The position numbers were made by a program, and so were the translations under genes. Under the pieces are notes generated by a model, which did not search any database, was not told the origin of the DNA, and worked only from the letters and a program-made list of their open reading frames with translations. Positions 13,127 through 27,749 of a DNA stretch of 64,000 nt are shown one piece after another. Origin of the DNA: Lama glama (Eukaryota); the NCBI GenBank assembly GCA_028534125.1, contig CM052818.1, positions 12,030,001-12,094,000 on the forward strand, in the 5' to 3' direction. Numbering within the stretch: position 1 is the first letter of the stretch; each line of letters starts with the position of its first letter.

Positions 13127-16100
13127 TGAATAATGCCAGTGAACATGGGAGTACAGAGCTCTTTGAGATAATGATTTTATTTCCTTTGGATATATACTGA
13201 GAAGTTAGACTGATAGATCATACAGTAGTTCTATTTTTAATTACTCGAGCAACCTCCATACAGTTTTCCATAGTAGCTAAGGGCTCCCTTTTCTCCACAT
13301 CCTCACCAGCAGTGGTTATCGCTTGCCTTTCTGATAATAGCCTTGCTAACAGGTGTTGAGATGATATCTCATTGTGGCTTTGATCTGCACTTCCTTGATG
13401 ATTACTGATGCTGAGCACCCTTTTATGTGCCTGTCAGCCATCTGGATGTCTTCTTTGGAAATCTGTCTGTTTAGGACCTTCACCCATTTTTTAAATTGTT
13501 TTGTTTTGCTGAGTAGTATGAGTTCTTTATATATTTTGGATATTAACCCCTTATTGGATATGTGATTTGAAAATACCTTCTCCCATTCAGTAGGTTGTCT
13601 TTTTGTTTTGTTGATGGTTTCCCTGCTGTGCAGAAGCTTTTTAGTTTGATGTAGTCCCACTTATTTATTTTTGCCTTGTCCCCCTTGCCTGAGGAGATAT
13701 ATCTAAAAAGATTATGCTAAGACTAATGTCAAAATGTGTACTGCCTATGTTTTCCTATAGGAATTTTATGGTTTCAAGTTTTATGTCCAAGGTTTTAATC
13801 CATTTTGAGTTAATTTTTGTGTCAAATAAGGGGGCACCCAATTTTATTTATTAATTTTTACCATGTGGATGCTTAGTTTTCCCAACGCCATTTATTTAAG
13901 AGACTAAGAGACTAACATTTCCCCGTGTATATTCTTGGCTCTTTTGTCAAAAATTGACCGCACATGTGTGAGTTTATTTTTGGGGCTCTCTAATCTGCTC
14001 AGGTGATCTGTGTGTCTGTTTTTATGTCAATACCATACTGTTTTGATTACTCTAGCTTTGTAATATAGTTTGAATCAAAAAGTGTGATGCTTTGGTTTTG
14101 TCCTTTGCAGGATTGCTTTGGCTATTCAGGATCTTTTATGGCTCCATACAAATTTTAGAATATGTTTTTTAAATATTTCTGTGAAAAATGCCACTGGAAT
14201 TTTGATAGGGACTAAACTGAATCCATAGATTGCTTTGGGTAGTATGGACAGTTTAGCATTATTAATTCTTCTAATCCATGAGCATGGGATATCTTTCCAT
14301 TTATTTGTGTCTTCCTGAATTTCTTTCACCAGTGTTTTGTGGATTTCAGTGTATATATCTTCCACATTCTTGGTTAAATTTATTCCTAAATATTTCATTT
14401 CTTTTTGATGCCACTGTAAATTGAATGGTTTTAATTTTCTTCCAATAGCTCATTGTTAGGGTATAGAAATGCAACTGATTTTTATATATTGATTTTGTAT
14501 CCTGCAACTTTACTGAATTCATTCATTCTAGCAATTTTTTGGTGGAGTCTTTATGGTTTTCTCTATATAATATAGAGTCATCCACAGAGACCATTTTACT
14601 TATTCCTTTCCAATTTAGATATCTTTTATTTCTCTTTCTTACCTAATTGCTCTGGCTAGGACTTTCAGTACTACAGTGGATAAAAGTGATGTGAGTGGGT
14701 ATACTTGTTTTATTCTTGATATCAGATGAAAAGCTTTCAGCTTTTCACTGTTGATTATGATGTTGGCTGTGGGCTTGTCATAACTGGCCTTTTTTATGTT
14801 GAGGTACTTTATTTCCATACCTAATTTTTTTGAGTTTTTAATCATGAAAGAATGTTGAATTCTGTCAAAAGTTTCTTCTACATTACTGACATGATCATGA
14901 TTCTAGGCCTTCAATTTGTTCATATGGTGATTCACACTGAGTGGCATGCGTATCTTGAACCATCCTTGCATTCCAGGAACAAGTCCTACTTGAACATGGT
15001 ATATTACACCTTGAGTGCACTGTTGACATTGGTTTGCAATTTTTTGGTTGAGAATTTCTGCACTTATGGTGATCAGGAATATTGGTAATTTTTTTTTCTT
15101 TTCGTGTCCTTGTTTGGCTTTGGTACCACAGTAATGCTGGACTCTTAAAATGAGTTTGGAAGTATTCCTTCCTCTTCTATTTTTTGGAAGAATTTGAAAA
15201 GGACTGGGTTTAAATATCTGGTAGAATTTACCAGTGGAGCCATCCTGTCCTGGACTTTACTTTATCAGGGGGTTTTTGATTATTGGTTAAATTACCTTAC
15301 TAGCAATTAATTGGTCTGTTTAGATTTCCTATTCCTTAATGATTCAATCTTGGAAGGTTGCATATTTGTAGGAATTTATTTCTGTAGGTTATCTAATTTG
15401 TTGGCATATAATTGTTCATAGCAATTTCTTACGATTCTTAGTATATCTGTGTTATCAGTTGTAAAGTCTCTTCTTTCATTTCTATTTTCACTTAGTTGGG
15501 TCTTTTCTTTTTCTTACTTTAGTTAAATGTTTGTCAATATGGTTTATATTTTCAAAAAACCAACTCTCAATTACATTGATCTGTCCTTTTAGTCTCTATT
15601 TCACGCAGTTACACTCTGAAATTTATCATTTACTTCCTTCTATTAATTTGCACTTGGTTTGTTCTTTTTCTAGTTCCTGCAGGTGTAAAGTTAGGTTGTT
15701 TGAGATTTTTGTTTCTTAATATAGATGTTTATCACTATATACTATCCTCTTAGAACTGCTTTTTGCTGTATCTCATAAGTTTTTGCTGTATCTCATAAGT
15801 TTTAACGTGTTGTATTTCCATTTTCATTTGTCTGAAGATATTTTTTATTTCCCTTTTGATTTCTTCTTGACCCATTGGTTGTTCAGGAACATACTTTTAA
15901 TCTCCACATATTTGTGAATTTTCCAGTTTCCTTTTTGTTATTGATTTCTAGTTTCATAACACTGTGGTTAGAAAAGATGCCTAATATTTCAATCTTCTTA
16001 CATTTATTGAGCTGTTCTCTAACTTTACATGTGATCTAGAGAATGTTCCATGTGTGCTTGAGAAGAATGTGTATTCTGCTACTGTTGATGGACTGTCTAT

Positions 16101-16203
16101 ATGTCTGTTAGGTCCATCTGATCTAATGTATAGTTTAAGTCCAGTGTTTCCTTATTTTCTGTCTAGATGACCTATCTGCTGTTAAAGCCCCCTATATTAT
16201 TGT
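13127..16203 (-). mobile_element. LINE-1 ORF2 fragment (~3 kb), degraded
   Basis: Minus-strand ORFs with L1 ORF2 motifs: [39 protein letters not shown]. Confidence 0.92.
15761..15800. repeat. Perfect 20-bp tandem duplication inside L1
   Basis: ttttgctgtatctcataagt x2. Confidence 0.95.
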
Positions 16204-16699
16204 AAAGCTACTGAACATTATAGAAAAATGAACAAGTATCTATCTCCACCCACCTATATAAATTTTTATTTTTAGTTTGGATTTTTATCTGCTAGTGTAG
16301 CAAATGGTTCAAATATTTATATTCTTATAGATTCTATAAGAATTGGGTACATTCTCCAAAATTCTAATGAAAGTTTTACCACTAGCATCTATAAATATAT
16401 TTTAAAATTACAGACTGTGTGTACTACTGACGAAATGTAGGAGGAATTACCTTTGGTGGGTAGACATTTGATATAAGGGAAAGTAAAGTCAAAATTTATC
16501 CAAGTAATTAAAATACTGAAAAATCAATTCAACTCAAATTAGGTCAAAATCAGAGTTTCTACTAAGGTAACTTAAGAGAAATACACAGTCTAGAATTTTG
16601 TCAGGACAACTCAAAGAAAGAAAAAAAAATGGCTAGGAACTGTTGTCAAACAAGATAAGGAAGGAAGGAAAGGGAGCTGGGACATTTGAGGTTTAAATT

Positions 16700-16885
16700 A
16701 TGTGATAATCACTAGGCAAAGTACCTTTCAGAAATTATTTCATTAAATCCAGGCAATCACCCAGCCAGGTAGCACTGGTCTCACTTTACAAGTGAGCAAA
16801 TTGAACATTCCAGTAGTTAAATAACTTGCACAAGTCACAAAGCTAGCAAAGGATGGAAGCAGGATTCAAACTTATACAAATATGA
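16700..16885 (-). mobile_element. MIR SINE
   Basis: 'cactttacaagtgag...gttaaataacttgcacaagtcacaaagctag...aggattcaaac'. Confidence 0.65.
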
Positions 16886-17014
16886 CTGTGTCCATTCTAT
16901 TTTTTTTAATACAGTACCAAACTTGGGGTTCTATCCATTTCTGAAATTTTGTTGAGCTAAGACTGATTTTTATATGATTGGAGAAAAAGAAAAGAAGAAA
17001 GACAGAAGAATAAG

Positions 17015-17092
17015 AAAGAGATCCATATGTGGCCAACATAACCTAAGTATTTACTATCTGGCTCTTTACAGAGAAAGTTTACTGAACTCTAA
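17015..17092 (+). mobile_element. hAT-Charlie DNA transposon end (MER58-like)
   Basis: 'cctaagtatttactatctggctctttacagagaaagttt' resembles the MER58 terminus. Confidence 0.55.
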
Positions 17093-17767
17093 AGTAAAAC
17101 TTAGTTTCAATTAACTTTTTTTCAATAACCTTTTTTTCCTGTGGAATCAAAAATAACAACTCATTAATATTTTTCACTTAAGGATAAATATATATAATAT
17201 CCCTATTTTAGACAAGCCTACAGTGGGAAACTCAAGAACACCAAGATCAGGTAGAGGGTTATTATTTGCATTATAAAAGACTAGTTACAGGAAAATTTAA
17301 ATACTTAGCTAATACATTTTAAATAAATTTTATGCAATTTTTCTGAATTTAGTAACCATTTCCTTTCTTCATGAATAGAACAGCCCTGCCCTCTTCTCTT
17401 TACTTCAATCCCATAGATCTTTCAATCACGTTATAATGCCTCTCACATTTCCACGTGGTACTTATTCTTTTCTTATCTTTCTTAATTATGTACTATGATT
17501 TTTTTTTTGGTTTTCTTTTTTTTTTTTATGACTTCACAAGGTAGGCAGGGAGGATGTGTCATTATACACATTTAATAGATGAAAAAAATGATATACCCAA
17601 ATAATGCAAGTTATTCCGACACTAAGTTCAGCTTTTACAAAAGTATTTATTGTTTTAATAAATTTTCCAGCTGCCTGCTCTCCGCCAATCTCCCCCCAAA
17701 ACCCACCTAATTTGAACTAATGCTTTCAAGGGCTTTGAATTTTAATATTTTATTACTGAAAAGGCAG

Positions 17768-18249
17768 TGTAGTAGCCATTGAGGTACAATCCCATGAAGA
17801 AAGAACTAGCCTTTCACTTGTGAGAAGTGCACTAAGCTAACAGTCTCCAGGGCAGGGCCATTAGGAACCACTGAAGCATGTGAGCCAAGGAAACACTCTT
17901 CCCGGGCAGCTTCTACTAAAGAATGATCATGGCAGGAATACTGTGTGGCCATTTCTGCCCAACTGGGGACTCTTCTACTGGGACCCTTTTGCTCTGGTGC
18001 TTCCTAACAGACTGGCTGAGACTTCTCAGAACTGCATCATAGTTTGAGCTCTCCTTGCTCAATCCTTCTTTGCCCTCTTTCCTTCCAAAAGCATCATTAC
18101 AACATCCCACACTGAAAGCTTCCCTTGTCCAAACCTGTCTCCTTTCCTTTTATGTCTCTGTTATACAGGTACTATACTTCCCCCAGTAAAGCCCTTGCAC
18201 TCCTAATGCTGTCTCAGCAGCTCCCTCTCTGAAAAACAAATTTGACACA
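17768..18249 (+). mobile_element. ERVL LTR16-like solo LTR
   Basis: TGTAG...GACACA ends; 'ggccatttctgcccaac..gggactc', 'ctggctgagacttctcagaactgc', polyA-signal-like 'ccccagtaaagcccttgcac'. Confidence 0.65.
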
Positions 18250-19049
18250 GGTGGTCAGTAAATCATAGCCTTGGTTAAAAGCACTAAACTAATAAAGATG
18301 AAAAACAAATTAGCCTTTGATGATCATGAAAATACAGCTTTCCTATACTAACAGATCTGTCTCAAAAAATCAACTTCCTATTTCACCTAGCCAGATTTAT
18401 AACCACATAGGCCACATTCTCAAGTTCTGCATTTAATGAAACTTTTACTTCCCTTCTCCTTGCTTTCTTATGCTTGTAGGTTTACACCACTTTGTTTTTC
18501 CAAATGGATGAGTGAAAGGAATGATTAAAGAGCACCCCTGTGATAATTCTGCTTTGCACTGAATCCCATTAGGAGAGCCTTTGCCTTCGGTTCAGCACCA
18601 CTCCAGGGATACCCCAAGTGCTCTTCTCCCCCTCCTACCACACCTCCTGGATTCACACTTCACACTTCCCAGACTGACTACTCATACATGAGTAGATCCT
18701 TTAACCACAAGACAACTCATCGGGTTTTCATTTGTGTTCAGATGGATTTACCATTTTAAAATGTACTAACTTACTTAGCTTATATTTACGTCTTGGCTTC
18801 ACATTTACAGGCTGTAAACTCCTATGGGACAAAGGGCTAGGATGATATATGGACATTTTTGTATCCATTACAGCACCTACTCTGAGGCCTTCTGCACAGT
18901 AGGCTTAAATAAAATTTTACTGATTTGACTTGATGGTAGTAATTGGACAAACTGAAGTAAATTCCTTTCAACAGACACTTAAGTGCCAAAAATGATAAAA
19001 TATCAAGAATCATACATTTTGAAAAGGAAAAAAAAAAGAAAAACAAATG

Positions 19050-19930
19050 CACATTACTGAATACTTGTTATGTGAAGGCATTAAATGCTTTATAGAAGTC
19101 AAATCATTTAACCCTCATGACCCTAAGAGGAAGCTATTTTAAGATATACTAAGGATGAGAAAATACGATGAGTGAGGTTAGGCGCTCTGTGCAAAACAAA
19201 TATGCTTATAGTAACTGGCAAAGCTGAGATCCCACCCAACTTAGACTGACCAGAGGGCTGAGCTTTTTCCACGTGTCCCACAGAGAGGCTGGAGAGATGA
19301 CACAGCACATGGAGAGGGAACGTCTCCTCTGACAAAAGTATACAGATTTAAATTTAATAACACTTTAGAGTAGGGGGAGGTTATTTCTAATTGGAGGACT
19401 CAGAACAAAATGACATTTGAGTTGGGCCTTGAAAAATATGAGATTTCCACAAACAGAGAAAGCGAAGAAGAGATACACAAGGAAAACCAGGGCATGGGTC
19501 AGTGTGTGTCACGAGTGAAGGGGTAAGTGAAAACAACACAAGCCAGAAAAGCTGGCTAGCGTAAGTAGAAAACCACGCTAAGAAGCAGGGACATAACTTC
19601 TGTAGGCAAAAAGAAGTCACCAAAAGTTTTTGGCAAGGAATAATATCAGCTCTGGCAGCATCACAATGAGGAAATGAAAGTGGAGAGTCCACTTAGGAGA
19701 AGATGATGATAGTCCAGGCAGGAGCAACGGCAGGCTGGACTAGGACACTGGGAACAAAAGAGGGGAGACTAAGAAGAGAGCCACCAGTCATTGGACAGGA
19801 GGGTTGAGAGACAAGAGTCAAAGATAACTCTGAAAACAGTGTGGCTGGCTGGGTAAGTGAGGAGTCAATAAACAGACAAAAAGAAAGAGGAGGAAATTTG
19901 GAAAGAAAATGACTTACTCATTTTTGTACC
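19050..19930 (-). mobile_element. MIR followed by L2 fragments
   Basis: MIR-like 'tcatttaaccctcatgacc..gaggaa' and L2-like 'gacatttgagttgggccttgaa', 'atagtccaggca'. Confidence 0.55.
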
Positions 19931-22659
19931 AAAAGCATACTGGTTGATTGATGGCTAACACTCTAGCCCAACCAGTTCCTGCTTCTCTCAGTTTATACAG
20001 AACTGAGTGACAGACTCAAAGGTGACAGAAAAAGTAAAGGCCCTCCTTCCCATCAAGAGTCAAATCTGCTGCCTTCCTGCTTCTCAAGGAACCAGGAACC
20101 CTAAGTATGGAGCAGCCAGAATGGCTCAAATGGAAGCATTTCTCAACACTGGATATGATGGACAGGAAAATGTGAGCTGGAGAAGGGGTGCAAGAGATGA
20201 TGGAGCTGGAAGAGAAAGAAGATGCTAATATGGACAAATGTCATTGCCCACTAGGATGTGATCCCCCACTAAATGACATTACTACTTTACCTCTGTTTTG
20301 CAGATTCACATTAGAGAACAGAAGCATATACAGCCCAAAAATGTGATTCACTTTTTAAGCATTTCAATCGTTCCTGTTGTATAATCTAATCACCTTATCA
20401 TCATCTGGACTATTTTATACAATTAAACCCTTTTAATTAGCATACCCTGTTGTAGCAAGAAATGTGTCTTAAACTCTCATCAGAGACTGATGGAAATTAT
20501 ACTACAGAGAGACAGTCACTATTCATGACTTTGTTTAATGGTAATTTAGAAAACACTTTTAAAACTCTAGGAAAAATATATAGACTTATTCAGCAACTTT
20601 AAAGGCTCTTATTTTTAAAAAGCCAGCATTTATCTTATTGAATAGCACATAATATTTTCCTATTCTTTCAACAAGATACTGTAATGTGAAAATCTTCACA
20701 ATAAACTAAACGCTTACTGACTAATGGAAATGACTACCTGCCAAAAGAGGAACGAAGCATGGAGTGAATAAGCAGCATGTTTATGTTCACAAAAGTCATT
20801 CATATCTATTTAAAACCTTGTAGCCTCATAGATGCTACTACATTCTGATATAAATCTGTGCTTTTTACTCTTTTATTATACGGTACTTTTTTGTTTCTCC
20901 TCAACTTCTCGACCTTCTTTTTGCCAGTGACACAGTGCCTGAGGATTTTATGTGTTCATTACTGCTCTTCAGCCTGGAGAAAAGAATACAACTTTTAAAA
21001 GGTGCCAGGTCACTTTTAAAATACGGTGTTTATTCAACTAAGCATGAAAATGTATTTTTCAAAAATATAGTTTGGTCTTATATTTTTTTAAACATGCTTT
21101 ATATGTTGGATATTTTTTTTCCCTCCTGGACCTCACAACTACCTACTCACATTTCAAATCTGGAACTTTATCCTTTATTTCCTTTATATTTAATGCTCAT
21201 TGGGAGTGAGACTTGAAGACATACCCAGGAACTTATCATATGAAGAAACAGCAGAAAGCTGCACCTCATCTCTCTTCACACCATCAGGCCCAAGTCTACG
21301 ACTCCCTTAAATAGCACCATAAATTCAAGCATCATAACCAAACACTGAGTTATCTTTAGCCGTCTTCCAAATGCTGCTAGCATTTTGACCCCATGACCTT
21401 CTCTTCTGTTCCACCCTGGTTCCCTCAGCAGTACATGAAAGCCTATATGGCCCAACGTGGCTGCGACTTAACATGCTTCCCAGACTTCGCGGGAAAAGCC
21501 CCTCAGTAACTCACAGGCCAGCAACTGCTTCTTTACTAAAAATGCCTTCACCTACAAAAGAAAAAAACCTTTCCAGCTATAGTCAACTTCTCATTTGTCC
21601 TCTTCACAAAAGTTCTCCAAGATTACATGAAAGAACCTACAATTCTTTCCAATGTTGTATGAGAGGCCTAACGTGTGTCTGTCCTTCAACAAAATAAATA
21701 GGCAATGGAAGAGGATAATCTGAATTGCATCTAACTTACGGTCTTCTTGTCTAAATCAAATCGGAGCTTAAGACTTTTCAATATGTCAATAAGCATTAAT
21801 CCAAGCTTGGTATGTCTGGAAGCAACAGGTACTCACAAAACGTTAGCTGATAAAATTTGACTGTCATATATGAAGTTTCACCACATGTAAGTTTTTTCTA
21901 CATAAAACAGTTATCCAACATAAAAAAAAAAGGTCTCCTTGCTCTACATTAACTACAAACTCTTTTGATTTCAAAAATAATGTTTGAGGTTGCCAGCAAT
22001 CATGCCATTCTTAAACACACAGCCACTTGGGGATCTACAGTTCTTTTAAGCACCCCTAAACATATGTACCTCTTAATCCATCCGATTTATACAGCTCAGT
22101 GAGTTGATTCTAAATTCAGAAACACCATTTTACCCATACTAACTAGAAAAAAAATACATAGCCCTTTATAAATTAAAATGCTCAAATATTTCTGTCATAC
22201 ACAGTTCTTTAGTCGTGTATGCACCTGGCCTTTAGAAATAAATAATATGACCAGTGGGACCCAGTAGGCATCAATAAATATGTATTGATTATGAACAGTC
22301 AAACACTAATTTTTCAACAGCATTAACTCCTTTGGAACTATATTCTTGGGGATAGGTGATTTGTTAAATAGACCACCCTATACTTACAGAGCATCTAAAT
22401 TCCTAAAATGGGAATCTTTCTCCCTTATATAGAAAACAGACCCTGAATGCTGTTCTCTACAACTTAAGGGACATCTATCATCAACCTGCACACCAGGGGG
22501 AATTACTCTTCTTAAATCCAATTCATTACCATTTTTTTAACAACTAACCAGAACATCAAATGTCTTTCTTCATAAATCTAAACAGTTTCGAGGGAGCATG
22601 GAAAAAGGTTCTTTTGTCATAAGCTTAAAAATAATACAATCTAAAAAATTATTTTCTAG

Positions 22660-22885
22660 CCTCTACTATGTGCCTGATACTGGTCTAAACCTTTCGTATG
22701 TTTAAATCATTTGATCTTTATAGTACCTTTTTAAACAAGTACTATTATCCTTTTTTTTTTAAATTTAAAAATGGAAGCACAGAGAGATAAAATAATATGG
22801 CTAAGAATACGGAACTAACAAGGGGGTAGAGCCAGAACTCAAACCTGAGAATTTCAGAGCTCACAACCTTAACTATTCTGCACTG
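22660..22885 (-). mobile_element. MIR SINE
   Basis: 'ctactatgtgcctgatactgg...gcacagagagataaaataa...agagccagaactcaaacc'. Confidence 0.65.
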
Positions 22886-23355
22886 AATCCCCATTATAAT
22901 TGAAAGTTATGCAAATAGTCTCAAACGTCTAACAAACTTTTGCCTGGGAATAGGAGGCGGTAAACACCCCTCTTTTAATATCTTCTTCTGATCCGGAACG
23001 AGGACAACAAGCACACTGTGTGTATCACTAAATGGAGATTCCACCACACGTGTTCAGGAACTAACTGCCTGGAGATCCCATGTGTAAGAACAAGTCATGG
23101 TAGACACACTACCAATTTGGCCCTGCCTGGAGCGGCTCTACGTAAAATAAAAGTGCTTTCTGTTCTTACTTTCCCCCTTTTCTTTTTCTTTCCTTATCCT
23201 AGTACCCAAAGCTCATATATTGCCAAAATACACTGGCATCCATGTTAAAGTGTTAGCAACTTACATGGAACAGAACATTACCCTGGGGTTTTTATTAAAA
23301 TTATTTAGAAAACTGGTTATCTCAACCTCCATTCAAAGCTTTACATCTAGGTCCC

Positions 23356-23789
23356 TGAATCAGTTATGCGTGGCTGCTATAATAAGGTACCACATCCTGG
23401 ATGACTTCAACAACAGAAATGTATTGTCTCAGAGTTCTGGAGGCTAGAAGTCTGAAATCAAGGTACTGGTAGGGCTGGCTCCTCCTGAGGGCTGTGAGGG
23501 GTAATCTGCTTCATGCTTCTCTCCTAGCTTCTGGTAGTCTCAGGTGTTCCTTGGCTCCTAGAAGGAATTCTCCCTGTCTCTTCACATCTTCTTTCCCCTA
23601 TGCATGTCTGTCTCTATGTCCAAATTTCCTTTTTTAATAAGAATACCAGTCATATTGGATTAGGGCCCTCCCTAATGACCTCATCTTAACTTGATCATCT
23701 GCAAAGATCTTATTTCCAAATAAGGTCACATCTACAGGTGGGTTGGGATTTTAACATCTTTTGAAGGGGATACAATTCAACCCGGAACA
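23356..23789 (-). mobile_element. MaLR solo LTR (MLT1B/C-like) with a perfect 5-bp target-site duplication GTCCC
   Basis: 'gttctggaggctagaagtctgaaatcaagg', 'aatgacctcatcttaacttga', 'tatttccaaataaggtcaca'; GTCCC at 23351-23355 and 23790-23794. Confidence 0.88.
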
Positions 23790-26074
23790 GTCCCCATTCT
23801 CATTTCTTTTTGTGAATATGCTGACAGAACTCTTGTCTGTAAGAAAACACTCATAATGACTATATTAAGTAGTAAAGATCTCTTGACACAGTGGTTAGAC
23901 TTCTCCCAACAGGAATTTAAGAAATGTACAAATAGCTTAGCTGCTGTACTTGTTAAACTATATCCAACTATACTTGGTTGGCTTTACCTGTTACTCCTGA
24001 ACATTAAAAGACTAATTAATTAATTCATTTGTGCATTAGCCTATTTGATTACTCATTGTTCACCCACCGTTTATTTACTGAGTGCTTATATGCCATGCTT
24101 TGTGCCAGCTGCTGGATACACATCAGTGAATAAAACATAATTCCTGTTTTCCTATTTACAAGACCACGAACATGCTCTCCTGATGGACATTTAACTGAAA
24201 AAAATCATGCTCACTTGGTTCTGTAACAGCAGTTTCCTAAATCAGATTCATTGCTAACAACCAGTTCTATCCAGGAAGAGACTCAGAACTAAAAGGGACC
24301 AAAGAGATCATATGATCTAGGCTACTCACTTTATGAAAAAGGAGCCTGTGGCAGAGAAGTCTACTGCAATAAACAGTAAGAAGAAAAAACAGTAAGTATA
24401 ACTGGAATTCAAAAATGTCTGTATTCCCATTTTCTCTTAAATTTTAGGGAAAAGAAGAGAGTAGAATTAAAACTATACCTGATACTAAGTAATGACTGTT
24501 AATTTTGTTAAGTGGGTAAAAGCATTGTGATAATATAGTGAATTGTCCTTATTTGCATACACACTGAAGTATTTTGAGGCAGAATGCCGTATCTCTATTT
24601 TAAAGCATTTTAGCCAAAAAATAGATAAAATAAATTTCCAAAATGTTAAATTTTAAATCAAAGTGATAAGTATACAGAGTTCTCTGTTTTTCAGTATTGA
24701 AAGTTGTTGTTTGAAATTTTTTTTAATAAAAGTTAAAAAAACTGTTGTCCTCCTAGAGGCAAAATTACATATTTCACAGGTTCTCAGAGTCTGTGCATTG
24801 GGAAATAAGCTTCATGAAATATTAATTTTAAATATGGAAAGCATGGCTTCCAAGTTATAATTATTATGATGTTTTCTTCAGTATTTTCCCCCCATCACCA
24901 CCCTCCAATAAGACTGTAGTAGCCCATATTCATACAGCTGTCATTTGCATAGTGCTCTGAAATAAGAATTTTTATATGGACCGAATCTGATTCAAAATCA
25001 GACATCTTAATATATACCTGTTAACAATAAGTTTTAATGATAGGAACACTATGAAGTGTCAGATACAGAGCTAATAATATGTTTAATTACTTATAATAAT
25101 TTTAAAGTAATAAATTGGAGTGTAGTAAAACACAGTAGTACTAACACATTACAGAATGTTAGATGGAAACAAAATTTGGAACTGACTTTAGTTTTACTTG
25201 ACAAATCATTCTGAAAGAATCCCAAAACAGTAAGTTTATAGAACTGATCTATGAATATCAGATACATACAATCTATTGAATCTCATAAACAAGTCAAATG
25301 ATATATAATTATATTGAGATAAAAAATTCAGTGAAAGTATATATTTTAAAAATAATTCTATTAATATAAAACTCATAAAATACTAATTTTAAAAGTTCAA
25401 GTAACAAAAAATCATAGGGGCAATTTTCATAGTCTCTTTGCTCAATTGAAAAAATATAGCAGAATCTTACTGGGAAGAAAGAAAATAACACGTATGTTGC
25501 TGCATGCTTTAAGTGAATATAAACAGCACCATGTTACTTAACCTACAATATAAGCTGTACATGTGATATCAAAGTATTTTAAAATAGCCTTGTCATCTGT
25601 ACCATGTAATAATATTATGGCATCCTCAAGCTAAGACCATCAGTGCTACTCTGGAGCTAATAAAATACAGAAGTATGTTACCAGGGCTATATATGTTCAA
25701 CAAAGGAAATGCTCTCTCTAAATGGTAACTGTATTATGTGCACATACCATGCAAAATTCTTACAAACACAAAGTCACTCCATCTTACAAGTAACTGTGAT
25801 GGATAAATAGATTATGTTAGAATTCCCTCTAGCAAACAGTGAACAAGCAGCTTTAATGAGGCTTATGACCCTACCCTATGGATATCCTAGGGAATCTGAA
25901 AGTGAGTATTTTGCCACCAGACACAGGTCAGGTACTACAATTCCTGCTCCCAGATCATTAAATTTTTTTCTCAATTTAAACTTCTCTAACTTTGCACAAT
26001 AAACAAGACACTTTGGAAACATAAGAAATATTACCTTCAGCAATAAGCATTAAGTACTTGGAAAACATACTGTC

Positions 26075-26250
26075 AGAGAATCACAGACTTTTACAGCAAG
26101 AAGGAACTTTTGAGATCACTTAGAGTCCCACGTTTTATGGACCAGAAAGCCAAAGTCCACACAGGTTAAATGATCTGCTGAAAGCTGCAATTCTGCTCAA
26201 TGTCAGAGCTGAGACTAGAACCTGGTTTCTCGACTTTGAGTCCAACACAA
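26075..26250 (-). mobile_element. MIR-family SINE fragment
   Basis: 'agaatcacagactttt..gaaggaact..gagatca..gttaaatgat..agagctgagactagaacc'. Confidence 0.55.
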
Positions 26251-27749
26251 TCCCAGGAATCAAACAAGAATTTGTAAAAATCACAGTATACTTATCACTC
26301 CCGATGTTGATATGAACTGCTCTTCTCTAACTGCGAGGGCATTCCTCTTTGACTTAGCAGGCAACTTTGGGGCAGAAACACAGGGAGCATGGTGGGGTCA
26401 AGAGGCAGAACAATCAAGGTGGTCCTGGTTCTAAGTGAGGGGTATTAGCCTCATGTTCTGAGAAGCCAACAAAGAATTTTTTGAACGCTTATTACAAAAG
26501 GAACACTAACCTAGATGCTATGAGGAATACGAAAGAAGGAAGAGAATATACCTACCTGTAAGCCTCAGGGAGTTCTTTCTAGTTCAGAATCTAAGACAAC
26601 ACAAGACAAGTGAGACTTGAGCGCTCATGTGTTTCAAACACACATTAGAAGCTAAAGGAAATTAGAAATGGAGATCAGTACAGACCAGAATCATCAAGAA
26701 AGGCTTTCTGGAAGAGTATGAATGTTATCTTTGCATGAAAAAACAATGTGCTTCTTTCTGATAAACAAAGGCCCGGGCCTCCATACGTGAGGAGAGCATC
26801 AGCACCACTGAAATAAAAAGATGGGTACAAACCCTGATTTTAGTTAAAATGCTTCAACTTCCTTCACTAGTGACACTGGGAGATGCAGCCAAATGGGTGG
26901 TACTCATTAGCAAAACCACTACTTGGTATTATTTCTGGTAACATCATTTTAATTTAAAGAATTTTTTTAAGCAAACCAGTACACTTGATTTCTATTTCTC
27001 CTACCAAATACAATATTAGCACTAAAGCATTTTCTTTAAACTTTTGCCTAAAATGAAGTTTTTTTTTTAATATCTTACTAAAACACAGAGGATGTAAAGA
27101 AGTACACAAGAAATTCCAGATTTTTTTTTTATGAGATTTTTCCACAGGTGAAATTGGGATTTTTTTCTTTTAATAAAAATGCTGAAAATCATGAAAGAAG
27201 GTAAAATGTGTACACTTTGAGAGTCTTAAAAATTCTAAATTTGGATAGTATGAGATGAATTAGTAAGAAATGGCCAAAATACTGTTAAGATACAGGGAGA
27301 GAGATGAGAAGACTCACAATATCTATAATCGGCCATTCAAACTCTCAATGAGGCTATCTGACTATTTTTAAAGAAAAACATTGTTTGATCCCACTATAAA
27401 TATTATTTGGAGAAATTTTTTTTCTCAAAAAAAGCCAATAAAATAAAAGCAACCCAGAACATCAACTGTGTCCTCAATGGGCCATCCAGGCCATGACTTT
27501 ATTATCCCCGCCAGGACCTTTCCATCCCACCTTAGTTAACACAGCGGCTACTCTTACCCAGCACCTCTTTTTTTAACTACTTCCCAATTTTACCTCAATC
27601 CTTACAGCCCTACTCCTTTGATACAAGCTATATAAATGTCAACTTTTCTTGCTTTTTTCTCTTGCCAAACCATTCAACATCTTCTCTAATTTTGGATCTT
27701 TTCTCTGCTCCTTAAATACTTTACTGCTAAAATTTCTTTCTCCATAGTT